From a virus (lineage: Duplodnaviria > Caudoviricetes), in IMG/VR virus record IMGVR_UViG_3300049792_000048, positions 32,001 to 96,000 of that record: DNA of 64,000 nucleotides; one strand, given 5' to 3'. Below are positions 1-9,148 of this stretch, in pieces. The notes beneath the pieces were generated by a model. It saw nothing but the letters and a program-made list of their open reading frames with translations. It was not told the origin of the DNA and did no database searches. The position numbers and the translations under genes are program-made. How positions within the stretch are numbered: the stretch's first letter is position 1; each line of letters opens with the position of its first letter.

Positions 1-2
1 TC

Positions 3-461
3 GCAGCTCCAGTGATCGACACTGCCGGCAAGTTCACCAAAGGTGTCGTGAACACCAAGGGTGGCATCGCTCCTCGAATCGCAGGAGGGATCAAGGAGGT
101 CGGCCAGCACACCGTTGGAGATCTCGCAGCGAAGGCAGTGACCTCCGGTCTTGGAGGTGGCGTTCTCGCCGCGGCGAAGGAGGGCATCGAGCTACATCAT
201 GCTCGCAAGGCCATCCACAGCTACTTGGCTGAGAACAAGCTGAGCAGCCTCTTCGGAGGACCCCCTTCGGGCCCCGGTACCCCGAAGGTCACGGTCCCTT
301 CAGCGCCCACGCTCGGCGTGCTACGTGGCAGCTCGAACAAGTCGCAGCGTGTCGGCAACACCCCGATCGCCGCGAAGTCTGGTGTGACACGATCGTCGAG
401 CGGTGATCCCATGAATCCACGCCGCAATCTCAGCGACGCAATGCAGGCGTATAAGGCCTGA
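3..461 (+). CDS. Gly/Ala/Lys-rich hypothetical protein, probably 5'-truncated by the window edge (possible internal virion protein)
   Basis: Frame is open from the window start; composition resembles the 42964 ORF. Confidence 0.6.
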   Translation, partial: AAPVIDTAGKFTKGVVNTKGGIAPRIAGGIKEVGQHTVGDLAAKAVTSGLGGGVLAAAKEGIELHHARKAIHSYLAENKLSSLFGGPPSGPGTPKVTVPSAPTLGVLRGSSNKSQRVGNTPIAAKSGVTRSSSGDPMNPRRNLSDAMQAYKA

Positions 462-488
462 ATCCCCTATCAGATCGATGAGGACAAC

Positions 489-821
489 ATGATCAGGAAG
501 CTCGCTCTCGAACTCGCAGGGGACCTCACCGCTCGTGGTGGTGACAGCCCGCTCATCTCCGGTCCGAACGACCTCCGTCCCGCGGACCCGACCTCCTTCC
601 CGCTCAGCTTGAAGGCCGACACGCAGGGTCCGCTGACCGACCTCACCGTCGAGCGCCATCGCGAGACGATGCAGGGCGAGCTCGCCCGTACATTCGACAA
701 CTATATCCCGAGCGTCAACGACTTCCGCTCCTCCATCGGAGGTCTCATGCACGCGAAGATCGACGAGATCTCTGGCTCGACTGCGGCGTCGCAGGCGCTG
801 ACGCGTCACCGCTCGGCATGA
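489..821 (+). CDS. Hypothetical protein
   Basis: GAGGA RBS upstream; ATGA overlap with the sigma gene; begins MIRKLA. Confidence 0.7.
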   Translation: MIRKLALELAGDLTARGGDSPLISGPNDLRPADPTSFPLSLKADTQGPLTDLTVERHRETMQGELARTFDNYIPSVNDFRSSIGGLMHAKIDEISGSTAASQALTRHRSA

Positions 822-1606
822 CGACGAAGCGAAGCCCGTTCGACAAGTTCAACCGGGACGCGCGACCAATCACTGGAGGAGGGAGTAACGACCCTCACCG
901 CGCGCTCTGGAAGACTTGGCACGACAGCGGGAAGAAGCCGGAACACCTCGAACCTCTTCTCGATGCTCTCGAACCGACCATCCAGTCGTTCGCAAAGCGC
1001 AAGCTGAATGGCCTCGGAGGCTCGATCCCCTATTCAGCGTTGGAGCAGCAGCTCCGTATCGCTGCGAAGAAGGGGTTGGAGTCCTACGATCCAACGAGGG
1101 GGACGAAGGTCCGTACGCACATCATCACGAACTTCCAACGCATCACCGACTTCGTCGGAGGCAACCGGAACTTCGCGTATGTGCCGAAGCCTCGTGTGGA
1201 GAAGTTCCAGCGCTTCATGAACGCCAGGCACGAGTTCATGGAGCAGCATGGACACGAGCCCATGTTCAACGACATGAAGAAGCTGCTTCCCGATATTCCG
1301 GCCAACGACCTTCGGCCGATGATGTCGGAGTTTCGTACCGAGCACTTCATCGGAGGCAACCCGAACCCAGACGCCGAAGATGGAAGTCTCGGGCATGCTC
1401 CCAGCCAAGTGCGGAGCATCATTTCGCTCATGCCGGCGTTGCTGACGAGTGAGGAGCAGAAGGTCTTCGATCAGCTCTTCCCGACGGTGGGGGATCCCCC
1501 GAGCATCGCGCAGATCGCGAAGAAGACGGGGATGAACCAGAACCAGGTCTACAGGCTCCGTGGAGCCATCTACAAGAAGGTGAAGCCACATCTCGGTGGC
1601 GTCTGA
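818..1606 (+). CDS. Sigma70-family RNA polymerase sigma factor (compact, regions 2-4)
   Basis: Region 2-like YDPTRGTKVRTHI (cf. FDPxRGxKFSTYA); region 3-like HGHEP; C-terminal HTH PSIAQIAKKTGMNQNQVYRLRGAIYKKVK. Confidence 0.85.
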   Translation: MTTKRSPFDKFNRDARPITGGGSNDPHRALWKTWHDSGKKPEHLEPLLDALEPTIQSFAKRKLNGLGGSIPYSALEQQLRIAAKKGLESYDPTRGTKVRTHIITNFQRITDFVGGNRNFAYVPKPRVEKFQRFMNARHEFMEQHGHEPMFNDMKKLLPDIPANDLRPMMSEFRTEHFIGGNPNPDAEDGSLGHAPSQVRSIISLMPALLTSEEQKVFDQLFPTVGDPPSIAQIAKKTGMNQNQVYRLRGAIYKKVKPHLGGV

Positions 1607-1609
1607 GGG

Positions 1610-1631
1610 AGGCGGCTACGGCCGCCTTTTT
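1610..1631 (+). terminator. Rho-independent terminator after the sigma gene
   Basis: AGGCGGC-TACG-GCCGCCT followed by a T run. Confidence 0.85.
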
Positions 1632-1646
1632 CCTTTGCCCGTCTCA

Positions 1647-1661
1647 GCGTAGACTTCAGCG
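1647..1661 (+). promoter_or_regulatory. Putative -10 element (TAGACT) of a leaderless transcript
   Basis: TAGACT at 1650-1655, 6 nt before GTG 1662; 16/18 identical to 50437-50454. Confidence 0.6.
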
Positions 1662-1883
1662 GTGTCCGACGACCGCACTGCCGACCGCAACGCGAAACTG
1701 GATCGCCTCCAGTCCGCGTTCAACGAGTACTACGACCACGAGCACTCACGGCTCACGGACGAGTCCACATACCTGAAGTCGGTCCTTCGCGGTCGTACCG
1801 GCTCCGAGCGGCTGTCCCGTCAGAACACGGCGGAGGCAGAGGTGCTCGTGACCAATGACATCGAGAGCTTCCTCGCGGGGTGA
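1662..1883 (+). CDS. Small hypothetical protein
   Basis: 73-aa ORF with typical codon bias, between the terminator and the next gene. Confidence 0.7.
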   Translation: MSDDRTADRNAKLDRLQSAFNEYYDHEHSRLTDESTYLKSVLRGRTGSERLSRQNTAEAEVLVTNDIESFLAG

Positions 1884-1884
1884 C

Positions 1885-2847
1885 ATGCCAATCACGAATA
1901 TGCTGTTGACGCTCTCTCAGGTGGTGGTCGACCCGGCCACCGCTGTCACGACGTACGACTCGATCCGGTGGTCTCGCTCGATCACTGGTGCAAACGGCGT
2001 GTACGAGGAGATCTCGGCGTACACCGCTCAGCCGGCAGTCCTGACCGGAATGTTCCGTGAGCCTCACGCCCTCAATGGCAAGACCATGCTGTTCAAAGTG
2101 AACGGGGCCACGGTCGTCTCTGTCACGTTCTCAGGTTCCGACCCCTACAGCACCGCATCCGTGATCACGGACATCAACGGGGCCACGGGACTGGTGGTCG
2201 CTTCCGCCGACAGTCTTTCACAGCTAGTGCTGACGACGGTGCTGACAGGAACGGCGGCGTCGATCGAGATCTTGGAGTCTGAGGGAGCCCTCGCTCTCGG
2301 CTTCCAGACCGGAGACTTCGCGATCGGCAAGGGCGTGGACAACACCCTTGGCAGCACGCAACACGAGTACTTCTTCACCGACAGCAATGCCTCGAAGGAG
2401 TACTGGTACAAGACGCAGCTCCGGCATCACACGACGATGGCAGTGGCCCCGCAGAGCGTTCCGATCCCGGGCTCTGAGGTTCCCGTCATCGCGTACGACC
2501 TCCTGATCTCCGCATACGTGAAAGTCATCGACATGCGTGGGCGTCCCATCGAGGGCCGCAACATCGTCATCGCGAACGTCTTTCTCCCCAACACCGTGGG
2601 GGCGTACAACATCTTCCGGCACTACGAGGATGTCGCAACTGACGAGACTGGCTATGCCGTGATCCGTCTGCTGCGTGGCGCCACCATCGACGTGCACGTC
2701 GAGGGAACGAACTTTACTCGCCGTGTGAAGCTCCCTCTAGCTGGGGACCCTGTCGACCTCATCAACCTGTTCGACCCGGTGCTCAGCGACGAGGACGAGT
2801 TCGGTATCCAGCAGCCCGACATCAACTTCGCTATCCGTTTGAGCTGA
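1885..2847 (+). CDS. Putative virion structural protein (beta-rich, Thr/Val/Gly-rich)
   Basis: Composition; sheath/baseplate-like segment LVLTTVLTGTAASIEI...ALALGF; start moved to ATG 1885. Confidence 0.6.
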   Translation: MPITNMLLTLSQVVVDPATAVTTYDSIRWSRSITGANGVYEEISAYTAQPAVLTGMFREPHALNGKTMLFKVNGATVVSVTFSGSDPYSTASVITDINGATGLVVASADSLSQLVLTTVLTGTAASIEILESEGALALGFQTGDFAIGKGVDNTLGSTQHEYFFTDSNASKEYWYKTQLRHHTTMAVAPQSVPIPGSEVPVIAYDLLISAYVKVIDMRGRPIEGRNIVIANVFLPNTVGAYNIFRHYEDVATDETGYAVIRLLRGATIDVHVEGTNFTRRVKLPLAGDPVDLINLFDPVLSDEDEFGIQQPDINFAIRLS

Positions 2848-4353
2848 GTGATGAAGAAGCTCTCGGAGATCATCACAGAGCTGAAGCCGCATCAGCAGCG
2901 GGTGGTCGACCGTATCCAAAAACAGCCAGGGCTGGTTGTCGCTCACGGTATGGGCTCGGGCAAGACCCTGACCTCGATCGCCGCCGCAGAGCGCCTTGGT
3001 GGCAACACGACCGCGGTCGTCCCGGCATCGCTTCAGAGCAACTACCAGAAGGAGCTCGACAAGCATCTCAAGGGGACGCCGAACTCCAGCTACGACATCC
3101 AGAGCCTCCAGCGACAGGCCCTCCAGGGCAGCATCGCGCCCACGGATAATCTGATTGTCGACGAGGCTCACCGGATTCGTGACCCCTCCTCGATGTCGAG
3201 GAAGGTGGTCCGTGGAGCCGAAGCGAAGAAGCGGATGCTGCTGACCGGTACCCCGCTCTACAATCGTCCCTACGACATCGCATCGCTGGTCAATGTCGCC
3301 GCCGGCGAGAACGTCCTTCCTCCAGCCCAAGCCGACTTCGAGAAGCGCTACATCGGAGAGCGGAAGGTCGATCCAGGCTGGATTGCGCGCACGTTCCGTG
3401 GCGTGAAGCCTGGCTCGGTGGCGGAGCTGAAGCGCAAGGACGAGCTCTCGAAGATCTTGGGGCAGTGGGTCGACTTCCACGAGAACACGACCGAGAACTT
3501 CCCGACACGTCACGATGAAGTCGTGAACACCCCGCTTGGGAAAGAGCAGCAGAACGTCTACAACGCGTTGATGGGCGAAGCCCCTTCATGGATCAAGTAC
3601 AAGGTCCAACATGGACTTCCTCCGAGCAAGCAAGAGTCGAAGGACCTCAACGCGTTCTCCAGTGGTGTTCGTCAGGTCTCCCTGAGTCCTGCTGGCTTCC
3701 AGGAAGGGGTTACGCCCGATCAAGCCGCGGCGATGAGTCCGAAGCTTCAGACGGCCTACCAGCGGCTCTCTGATCAGATCGAGAAGAACCCGCAGCATCG
3801 AGCACTCGTGTACTCGAACTTCCTGGAATCAGGTCTTCATCCGTACGAGACGATGCTCCAGCAGGGGAAGATCCCCTACGGCAAGTTCACGGGAGAGCTC
3901 TCGAAGAGTGAGCGCGACCAGATGGTCACCGACTACAACTCCGGCAAGCTGAGAGCTCTGATGCTGTCGAGCGCGGGAGGCGAAGGACTCGACTTGAAGG
4001 GGACTCGACAGATTCAGGTTCTGGAGCCCCACTTCAACAAGGAGAAGCTGGAGCAGGTGATCGCTCGTGGTATCCGTTATGGCAGCCACGCCCATCTCCC
4101 GGAAGACCAACGAAACGTCGCCGTCGAGCACTACGTCTCGCAGCTCCCGAAGCCAGGTATCATTCGCAGGGCGTTCGGCGCGAAGCGTCCTGGCAGTATC
4201 GATGAGTACCTGCGCACGCTCTCCTCGCAAAAGGATGAGCTCAACCAGCAGGTGCGAGACATCCTGAAGACGACGACCGAGCAGCACTCTAAGACTTCGG
4301 GTCTCATGGATGTGGTGGTGTCGTACAGCGACTTGATGACGACTGTGTGTTAG
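2848..4353 (+). CDS. SNF2/SF2-type helicase/ATPase
   Basis: HGMGSGKT, IVDEAH, LLTGTP, SAGGEGLDL, QVIARGIRYGSH motifs. Confidence 0.9.
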   Translation: MMKKLSEIITELKPHQQRVVDRIQKQPGLVVAHGMGSGKTLTSIAAAERLGGNTTAVVPASLQSNYQKELDKHLKGTPNSSYDIQSLQRQALQGSIAPTDNLIVDEAHRIRDPSSMSRKVVRGAEAKKRMLLTGTPLYNRPYDIASLVNVAAGENVLPPAQADFEKRYIGERKVDPGWIARTFRGVKPGSVAELKRKDELSKILGQWVDFHENTTENFPTRHDEVVNTPLGKEQQNVYNALMGEAPSWIKYKVQHGLPPSKQESKDLNAFSSGVRQVSLSPAGFQEGVTPDQAAAMSPKLQTAYQRLSDQIEKNPQHRALVYSNFLESGLHPYETMLQQGKIPYGKFTGELSKSERDQMVTDYNSGKLRALMLSSAGGEGLDLKGTRQIQVLEPHFNKEKLEQVIARGIRYGSHAHLPEDQRNVAVEHYVSQLPKPGIIRRAFGAKRPGSIDEYLRTLSSQKDELNQQVRDILKTTTEQHSKTSGLMDVVVSYSDLMTTVC

Positions 4354-4356
4354 CCT
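4348..4356 (+). promoter_or_regulatory. Putative extended -10 (TGtTAGCCT), leaderless
   Basis: 6 nt before ATG 4363; no SD. Confidence 0.5.
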
Positions 4357-4362
4357 CCGGCC

Positions 4363-5286
4363 ATGGCAGTCGAAGTCGTCGATGTCTTGGTGCGGAGCGT
4401 CGCCGTTCCGAACCCGCCCACATCTGGAGTGTTGGTACGGGTCTATGACGTCACGGGCACGACGCTGATCACGGCCGGCATTACCGACGTCGATGGTCAT
4501 GTATCGTTCATGCTGGATGGAGGCAGCAGCAGCCACATCCGATATCAGCTTCGGACGTTCAAGATCGGGATGGCGCTGCCGCAGCCCGTGTACATCGACG
4601 TCTACTCGCCACCTGCGAGCTCACCGACCGGGACGAACAACTTTCGCCTCGATGCCGAGGTCTTCACGCTCCCGCCCGCAGTCGACCCTGCCCTGTGTCG
4701 CCTCAGTGGCTTCGTCCGTGACCCCGCCGGCCGAGCTCGTCGCGGCCTCGACATCCACTTCATCCACCGCTTCAAGCCCCTGATCGTGGGCGAGGGCGAC
4801 GACTCTGTCGGGGTCTTGGGTGAACGTATCGCAATCCGGACCGACAAGGATGGCTTCCTCCAAGTCGATCTTTATCGGAAGGGCTGCTACCACGCGATCG
4901 TGCAGAGCCACGAGAACGTAGCTCGTGATGTCTTCGTCCCGGACCTTGGGGCTGCGAACATCAACCTCGTTCTCTTTCCGCGCGTCTATGGGGTCGTGTT
5001 CACCCCCTCTACTTTGACGGTGGACGTGGGCACAACCCTCACGGTCAACGTGCAGGTTCAGCTCACCTCGGGGTACGTCATCAACGGCACGGCCTCCGAC
5101 GACATCGACTACAGCCAGCCAGATGGAAACCCGTCCGTTGATCTCCAGGTACTCGATGATCGACTCCTTCTTCGTGGACTCACAACCGGCGCTTCTACCC
5201 TCTTCGTCAAACGGAAGGACACAAGCCTCGCGTATGAACCCGACTCCCCCATCGTCGGCGATGCTACGACAATCCTCGTCGTATGA
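4363..5286 (+). CDS. Putative virion structural protein with beta-sandwich/Ig-like domains
   Basis: GVLVRVYD...TDVDG and TDKDG prealbumin-like fold motifs; C-terminal Big-2-like segment. Confidence 0.6.
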   Translation: MAVEVVDVLVRSVAVPNPPTSGVLVRVYDVTGTTLITAGITDVDGHVSFMLDGGSSSHIRYQLRTFKIGMALPQPVYIDVYSPPASSPTGTNNFRLDAEVFTLPPAVDPALCRLSGFVRDPAGRARRGLDIHFIHRFKPLIVGEGDDSVGVLGERIAIRTDKDGFLQVDLYRKGCYHAIVQSHENVARDVFVPDLGAANINLVLFPRVYGVVFTPSTLTVDVGTTLTVNVQVQLTSGYVINGTASDDIDYSQPDGNPSVDLQVLDDRLLLRGLTTGASTLFVKRKDTSLAYEPDSPIVGDATTILVV

Positions 5287-5605
5287 AGTCGAGGCGGAAG
5301 AGCCACTTCCGCGTGATCCTGGGCAGCGGCTGCTGACCGCAATCCTGGTGCGTGCCATCAGGGACTTCGTCAACTACCGCGAGGCCAGCAAGGGCACCGA
5401 TTCGATTCGGATCGCCGAAGACGCCGCGGGTTGGATCTTCTGGGACGGCAAGGAGGACATGACCTTCCGGCACGTCTGCACCTCCCTCAACATGAACTAC
5501 AGGGACGTCCGCCGTCGCATCCTCACGCTGACGAAAGAGGACCTGGTTCGCATGACTCCTCCGGAGAACGACGAGGCAGTTGGCTCCGACGAAGATGAAG
5601 ACTGA
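5261..5605 (+). CDS. Hypothetical protein (possible small DNA-binding protein)
   Basis: QRLLTAILVRAIRD...AAGWIF...TFRHVCTSLNM pattern; start uncertain (5234 or 5261). Confidence 0.6.
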   Translation: MLRQSSSYEVEAEEPLPRDPGQRLLTAILVRAIRDFVNYREASKGTDSIRIAEDAAGWIFWDGKEDMTFRHVCTSLNMNYRDVRRRILTLTKEDLVRMTPPENDEAVGSDEDED

Positions 5606-8136
5606 TGGCGGGATACACCTCAGAAGAGCTCCAGGCGAGCATCGATCAGTTCCTCTTGAGCACGGTCACGACCCCCAAGACGAACCTTGGTGCACGCGAC
5701 GTGCTGGCTGCACGGTCGGACATCTATGCCCTTCTGACGACCACGCTTCTTCTTCGCCCTGACAGCTACTTCTACGTGATCTGGCTGGCGAAGAATCGGC
5801 TCGAAGCTCTTCGTCGACAGCAGGCCGCAGCCCTCGCTGTCATCCTGGATCCCGCAACCACAGCGTCCCTTCGTCGACGAGGAAAGCCGGTGACCTCCAC
5901 CGCTGAGCTGACGAATGCTCAGGCGGCGCTGGTGAATGTCACTGCGGGCATCAATCAGGGTCAGGGTGTTCAGACCCGGGATCTCGGTCCCGAAGTGACT
6001 CGCTTCCGAAACAGCGTCGAGCGTTTCATCAACACGCAGATCAAGAGCAACGTCGTCAGCAACGGCGTGCCCACGGAGACCGCCGGCGAGACACGAGCTC
6101 GCATCGCGTCCTCGTGGGCGACCGTGAAGACGACACACGAACAGATGCTGGTGCTCTGCACGGCAATCATCGATGCCGTCAGCAACTTGAACTCGGTGAA
6201 GTTGCCGGAGCAGGCGGTCACGGGAGTCGTCTCGAAGCTTCAGGCCCGACTCACCGAGCTCACGGCTCAGCTTCAGGCGGACAAGGATGTCTCCACGCAC
6301 CGCGAGGCCATGCTCGACCTCTTGACGATGCGCACTCTGTTGGCCCGCGTGTCGTCCTTCCGTACGCCCCAACAGCTCCTGGCCCCTCTTGTCGGAGACT
6401 CCTCGCAGCTCACAGGCACTGGAGGAGTGAGTCCTGCGGCAATCGTTGGGACGAACAGTGGTCCCTTCAACGTGGCTCCGGCAGCCACGCTCGACTTCGA
6501 GTCAGGTAGTCCGATCGTCCCGTCGAGCATCACAATCGGGGCCTATAGCAACGCAGAAGCCCCCTCCCGTCAGTTCACCACCCTTCCCATCGTCTTCCCT
6601 GCGGGCGCGGCGCTCCGTCTCCGTGTCGATGGGGTCCTGTACCCGTCGGACGGGTCCTTCAGTAGCGCTTCTTACGCGTCGGTCGCGCTGTTCCTCACCG
6701 CCATTCAGAGCTACCTGACGGCGAACGTGGTGCCGGCAACGGCCTTCAGCGTCGGTACCCAGGTCTTCATCCGCAGCAACAGCTCTGCGGATGTCAGCAG
6801 CATCGAGGTGGTATCGGCAACGCTGGGACAGGCCGCGTTCCTCGTGGTCTCCGGCTTTGCTCCATACTCGGTGTGCCGTGGTGTCGAAGCGAAGACGATC
6901 ATCTCCGCAGCCACGTCTTCGCCAGGGGTACGGCTGTCTGAGATCAGGACCGAGTACTTCACGGGAAACGGAGTGACCCAGGCATCGTCGGTCATTCGCG
7001 TCGCAACCGTCCTCGGAACTGTGGATACGGCTGGCGGAGGGAGTTCGTTCTCTGCGGCTGAGAACATCGAGAATGCAGGAGTGAAGGTCAACGACTTCAT
7101 CATCATCGATCCGACGGGCACCGCACAGGTCGGAAAGATCACGCGGGTCTCGGGGGCCAGTTTTGATGTTGATGTTGATGTCTCCGACGTCGGGATCGTG
7201 GCCTACCGGGTCGGTCCGGATTTTCGCGGAGTTCCGGCTGGAGCTCGGGTGTTGGTCGGGTCGCCCACCGTCCCACTCAACCGAGGCCCCTATCGTGTCA
7301 TGTCGGGGACGATTGGTCAGATCACTGTCAACAGGACCTTCTTCACCACAAGCGACCCGATCTCCCTGACCGTCTTCACGTCGTACTTGCAGGCCACTGC
7401 CCCAGCTGCGACATCAGCCGATGGCATCACGGCTAACCCGTCCAGCGGAGGAGCGACGGCGGTCGGCTACACGGTCACGCCCACACAGACGAAGCCTGGG
7501 CTCACAGACTTCGTCTCGGGCGGGACGATCGACTTCTTCTCCCGAGGTGTCGGGGTTGGCGACTTCCTCACCCTGCTGACGGCTCCTTCGGCTGCGGTGA
7601 CCACCATCACCGAGGTCTTCATGGACGAGCTCATCGTCGAGCCGACCCCGTTCTTCGCAGGGTCGATTGGCTTCACCGTACAGAGCGCTCGCTACGCGTC
7701 GTGGACTATCTTGGTCAACGCCATCACGTCGTTCGTGAACGGCGCCGACTTCGGGGCAGCCGACTTCGCCATTACGCGCATTCTCAGTGGAGCAGACCCA
7801 CAGGTCCTGCTTTCGTCTTTTGGTCCGGTGGGCTTGTTTTCGACACAGGTCACATCTCTGGCGAGCATTCAGAACTACGTCGTTCCATTCGAGCGTACCG
7901 TCGACAACATCTTGAGGATGTTGGTCGAGCAGGGGTTCGATCGTGCCGCCGACCTCTTCACCACGCTTCAGGTGGTCGAGTTCTTCAGCATGCATCCTGA
8001 TGGCTCGTCCTATTCGACGAACCTGATCCGCGTCGCTGCGGATGTCACCAGGCAGGTCGCCCCGGTGTCCCGTTTCGCGAAGTCTGTGATCAACAGCCCA
8101 GAAGTGCGCCTACGCTCTCGTCGGATGACGACCTGA
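5605..8136 (+). CDS. Large virion structural protein (baseplate/tail associated)
   Basis: 843 aa; helical N-terminus, beta-rich body with GVxxGD modules; lies next to baseplate genes. Confidence 0.65.
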   Translation: MAGYTSEELQASIDQFLLSTVTTPKTNLGARDVLAARSDIYALLTTTLLLRPDSYFYVIWLAKNRLEALRRQQAAALAVILDPATTASLRRRGKPVTSTAELTNAQAALVNVTAGINQGQGVQTRDLGPEVTRFRNSVERFINTQIKSNVVSNGVPTETAGETRARIASSWATVKTTHEQMLVLCTAIIDAVSNLNSVKLPEQAVTGVVSKLQARLTELTAQLQADKDVSTHREAMLDLLTMRTLLARVSSFRTPQQLLAPLVGDSSQLTGTGGVSPAAIVGTNSGPFNVAPAATLDFESGSPIVPSSITIGAYSNAEAPSRQFTTLPIVFPAGAALRLRVDGVLYPSDGSFSSASYASVALFLTAIQSYLTANVVPATAFSVGTQVFIRSNSSADVSSIEVVSATLGQAAFLVVSGFAPYSVCRGVEAKTIISAATSSPGVRLSEIRTEYFTGNGVTQASSVIRVATVLGTVDTAGGGSSFSAAENIENAGVKVNDFIIIDPTGTAQVGKITRVSGASFDVDVDVSDVGIVAYRVGPDFRGVPAGARVLVGSPTVPLNRGPYRVMSGTIGQITVNRTFFTTSDPISLTVFTSYLQATAPAATSADGITANPSSGGATAVGYTVTPTQTKPGLTDFVSGGTIDFFSRGVGVGDFLTLLTAPSAAVTTITEVFMDELIVEPTPFFAGSIGFTVQSARYASWTILVNAITSFVNGADFGAADFAITRILSGADPQVLLSSFGPVGLFSTQVTSLASIQNYVVPFERTVDNILRMLVEQGFDRAADLFTTLQVVEFFSMHPDGSSYSTNLIRVAADVTRQVAPVSRFAKSVINSPEVRLRSRRMTT

Positions 8137-8162
8137 CGCGAGGGCCCAGGGAGTGATAGATT
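8133..8162 (+). promoter_or_regulatory. Putative promoter CTGACG-N18-TAGATT (extended TG), leaderless
   Basis: -10 at 8157-8162, 6 nt before ATG 8169. Confidence 0.55.
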
Positions 8163-8168
8163 CTCGTC

Positions 8169-8495
8169 ATGCCCGAGCAGACCTCTGCTGAAGCGTCACG
8201 AGAGACCATGCAGCACTACCGTGAGGTAGTGGCGGACGTGGTTGGCGTTCTTCGGTCGCAAGAGGTCACGCGGAGCTTCACCAGCATCAGCCTCGAAGAA
8301 CTGATCGATCGGCGTATCGATCGCATCGAGGCCCCGGCGAGCGGAGAGAGACCAGGGCTCATCGCCCGCCTCGACAAGATCAAGAACGACTTCACGGCTG
8401 CAATCGACGGTATTCGGGAGACCCCCGCAGACGCCTTCCGTCAGCCGGACCCGGACACAGACGCCAACACCCCTGACACGGGAACGACCACGTGA
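8169..8495 (+). CDS. Hypothetical protein
   Basis: 108-aa ORF with GTGA overlap into the next gene. Confidence 0.7.
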   Translation: MPEQTSAEASRETMQHYREVVADVVGVLRSQEVTRSFTSISLEELIDRRIDRIEAPASGERPGLIARLDKIKNDFTAAIDGIRETPADAFRQPDPDTDANTPDTGTTT

Positions 8496-9145
8496 TCGAC
8501 ATCCAGGTCGTGCGTCTGAGCGATGTGCTCCCCATCACAGGCATCACTGCTGTGCCTGGGGTTCGTCCGCGTACAGTGCGGCTCACGGGACGTGACTTCA
8601 AGAACGTCGAGTCCGTCTACATCAATGGCTCGCCATCTCCCGAGTTCGTCATCCTGTCGGACTCGGAGATCTTGGCTCAGGTCCCGGCCGATCGAGTCCA
8701 GCAGTCCATCACCGAGGCCTACGTCCTCTCGACCCGCATCAGCTTCACAAGCCGCAGTTTGGTGGAGCTGAGCGTGGGGACCCGCCCACAGACGGTGGAG
8801 GGGACGCTCTCACTCGTACAGTCGTTCACCCGCATGCTGCTGCGAACCCCGGGCTCGAACATCTTTCATCGACAGAGTGGTGGTGGGCTCTTCAAGAACA
8901 TCGGTAAGGTCATCGGCACCAACGCCCGTGATCGTGTCGGTGCTGAAGCCGTCGTCGCTGTTGCGCGGACCCGGCAGTTGATGATTGCGTCGCAGACGCC
9001 TGACCGTAGGATCCCTCCCGAGGAGCGCCTTCTCACAGCAGAGATCATCGGTCTCGGGATCCAGCCCCGCGAGGGAACAGTGACTCTGTCTGTCAAAATC
9101 GACTCCGCCGCGGGCACAGCAGCTGCGGCAACGATCATCAGGTGA
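8492..9145 (+). CDS. Baseplate protein: N-terminal IPT/TIG-like domain plus gp25/W-like domain
   Basis: VRLTGRDFKNVESVYING (TIG-like); VEG...LVQ...MLLRTPGSNIFH..GGGL (gp25-like). Confidence 0.7.
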   Translation: MIDIQVVRLSDVLPITGITAVPGVRPRTVRLTGRDFKNVESVYINGSPSPEFVILSDSEILAQVPADRVQQSITEAYVLSTRISFTSRSLVELSVGTRPQTVEGTLSLVQSFTRMLLRTPGSNIFHRQSGGGLFKNIGKVIGTNARDRVGAEAVVAVARTRQLMIASQTPDRRIPPEERLLTAEIIGLGIQPREGTVTLSVKIDSAAGTAAAATIIR

Positions 9146-9148
9146 ACC

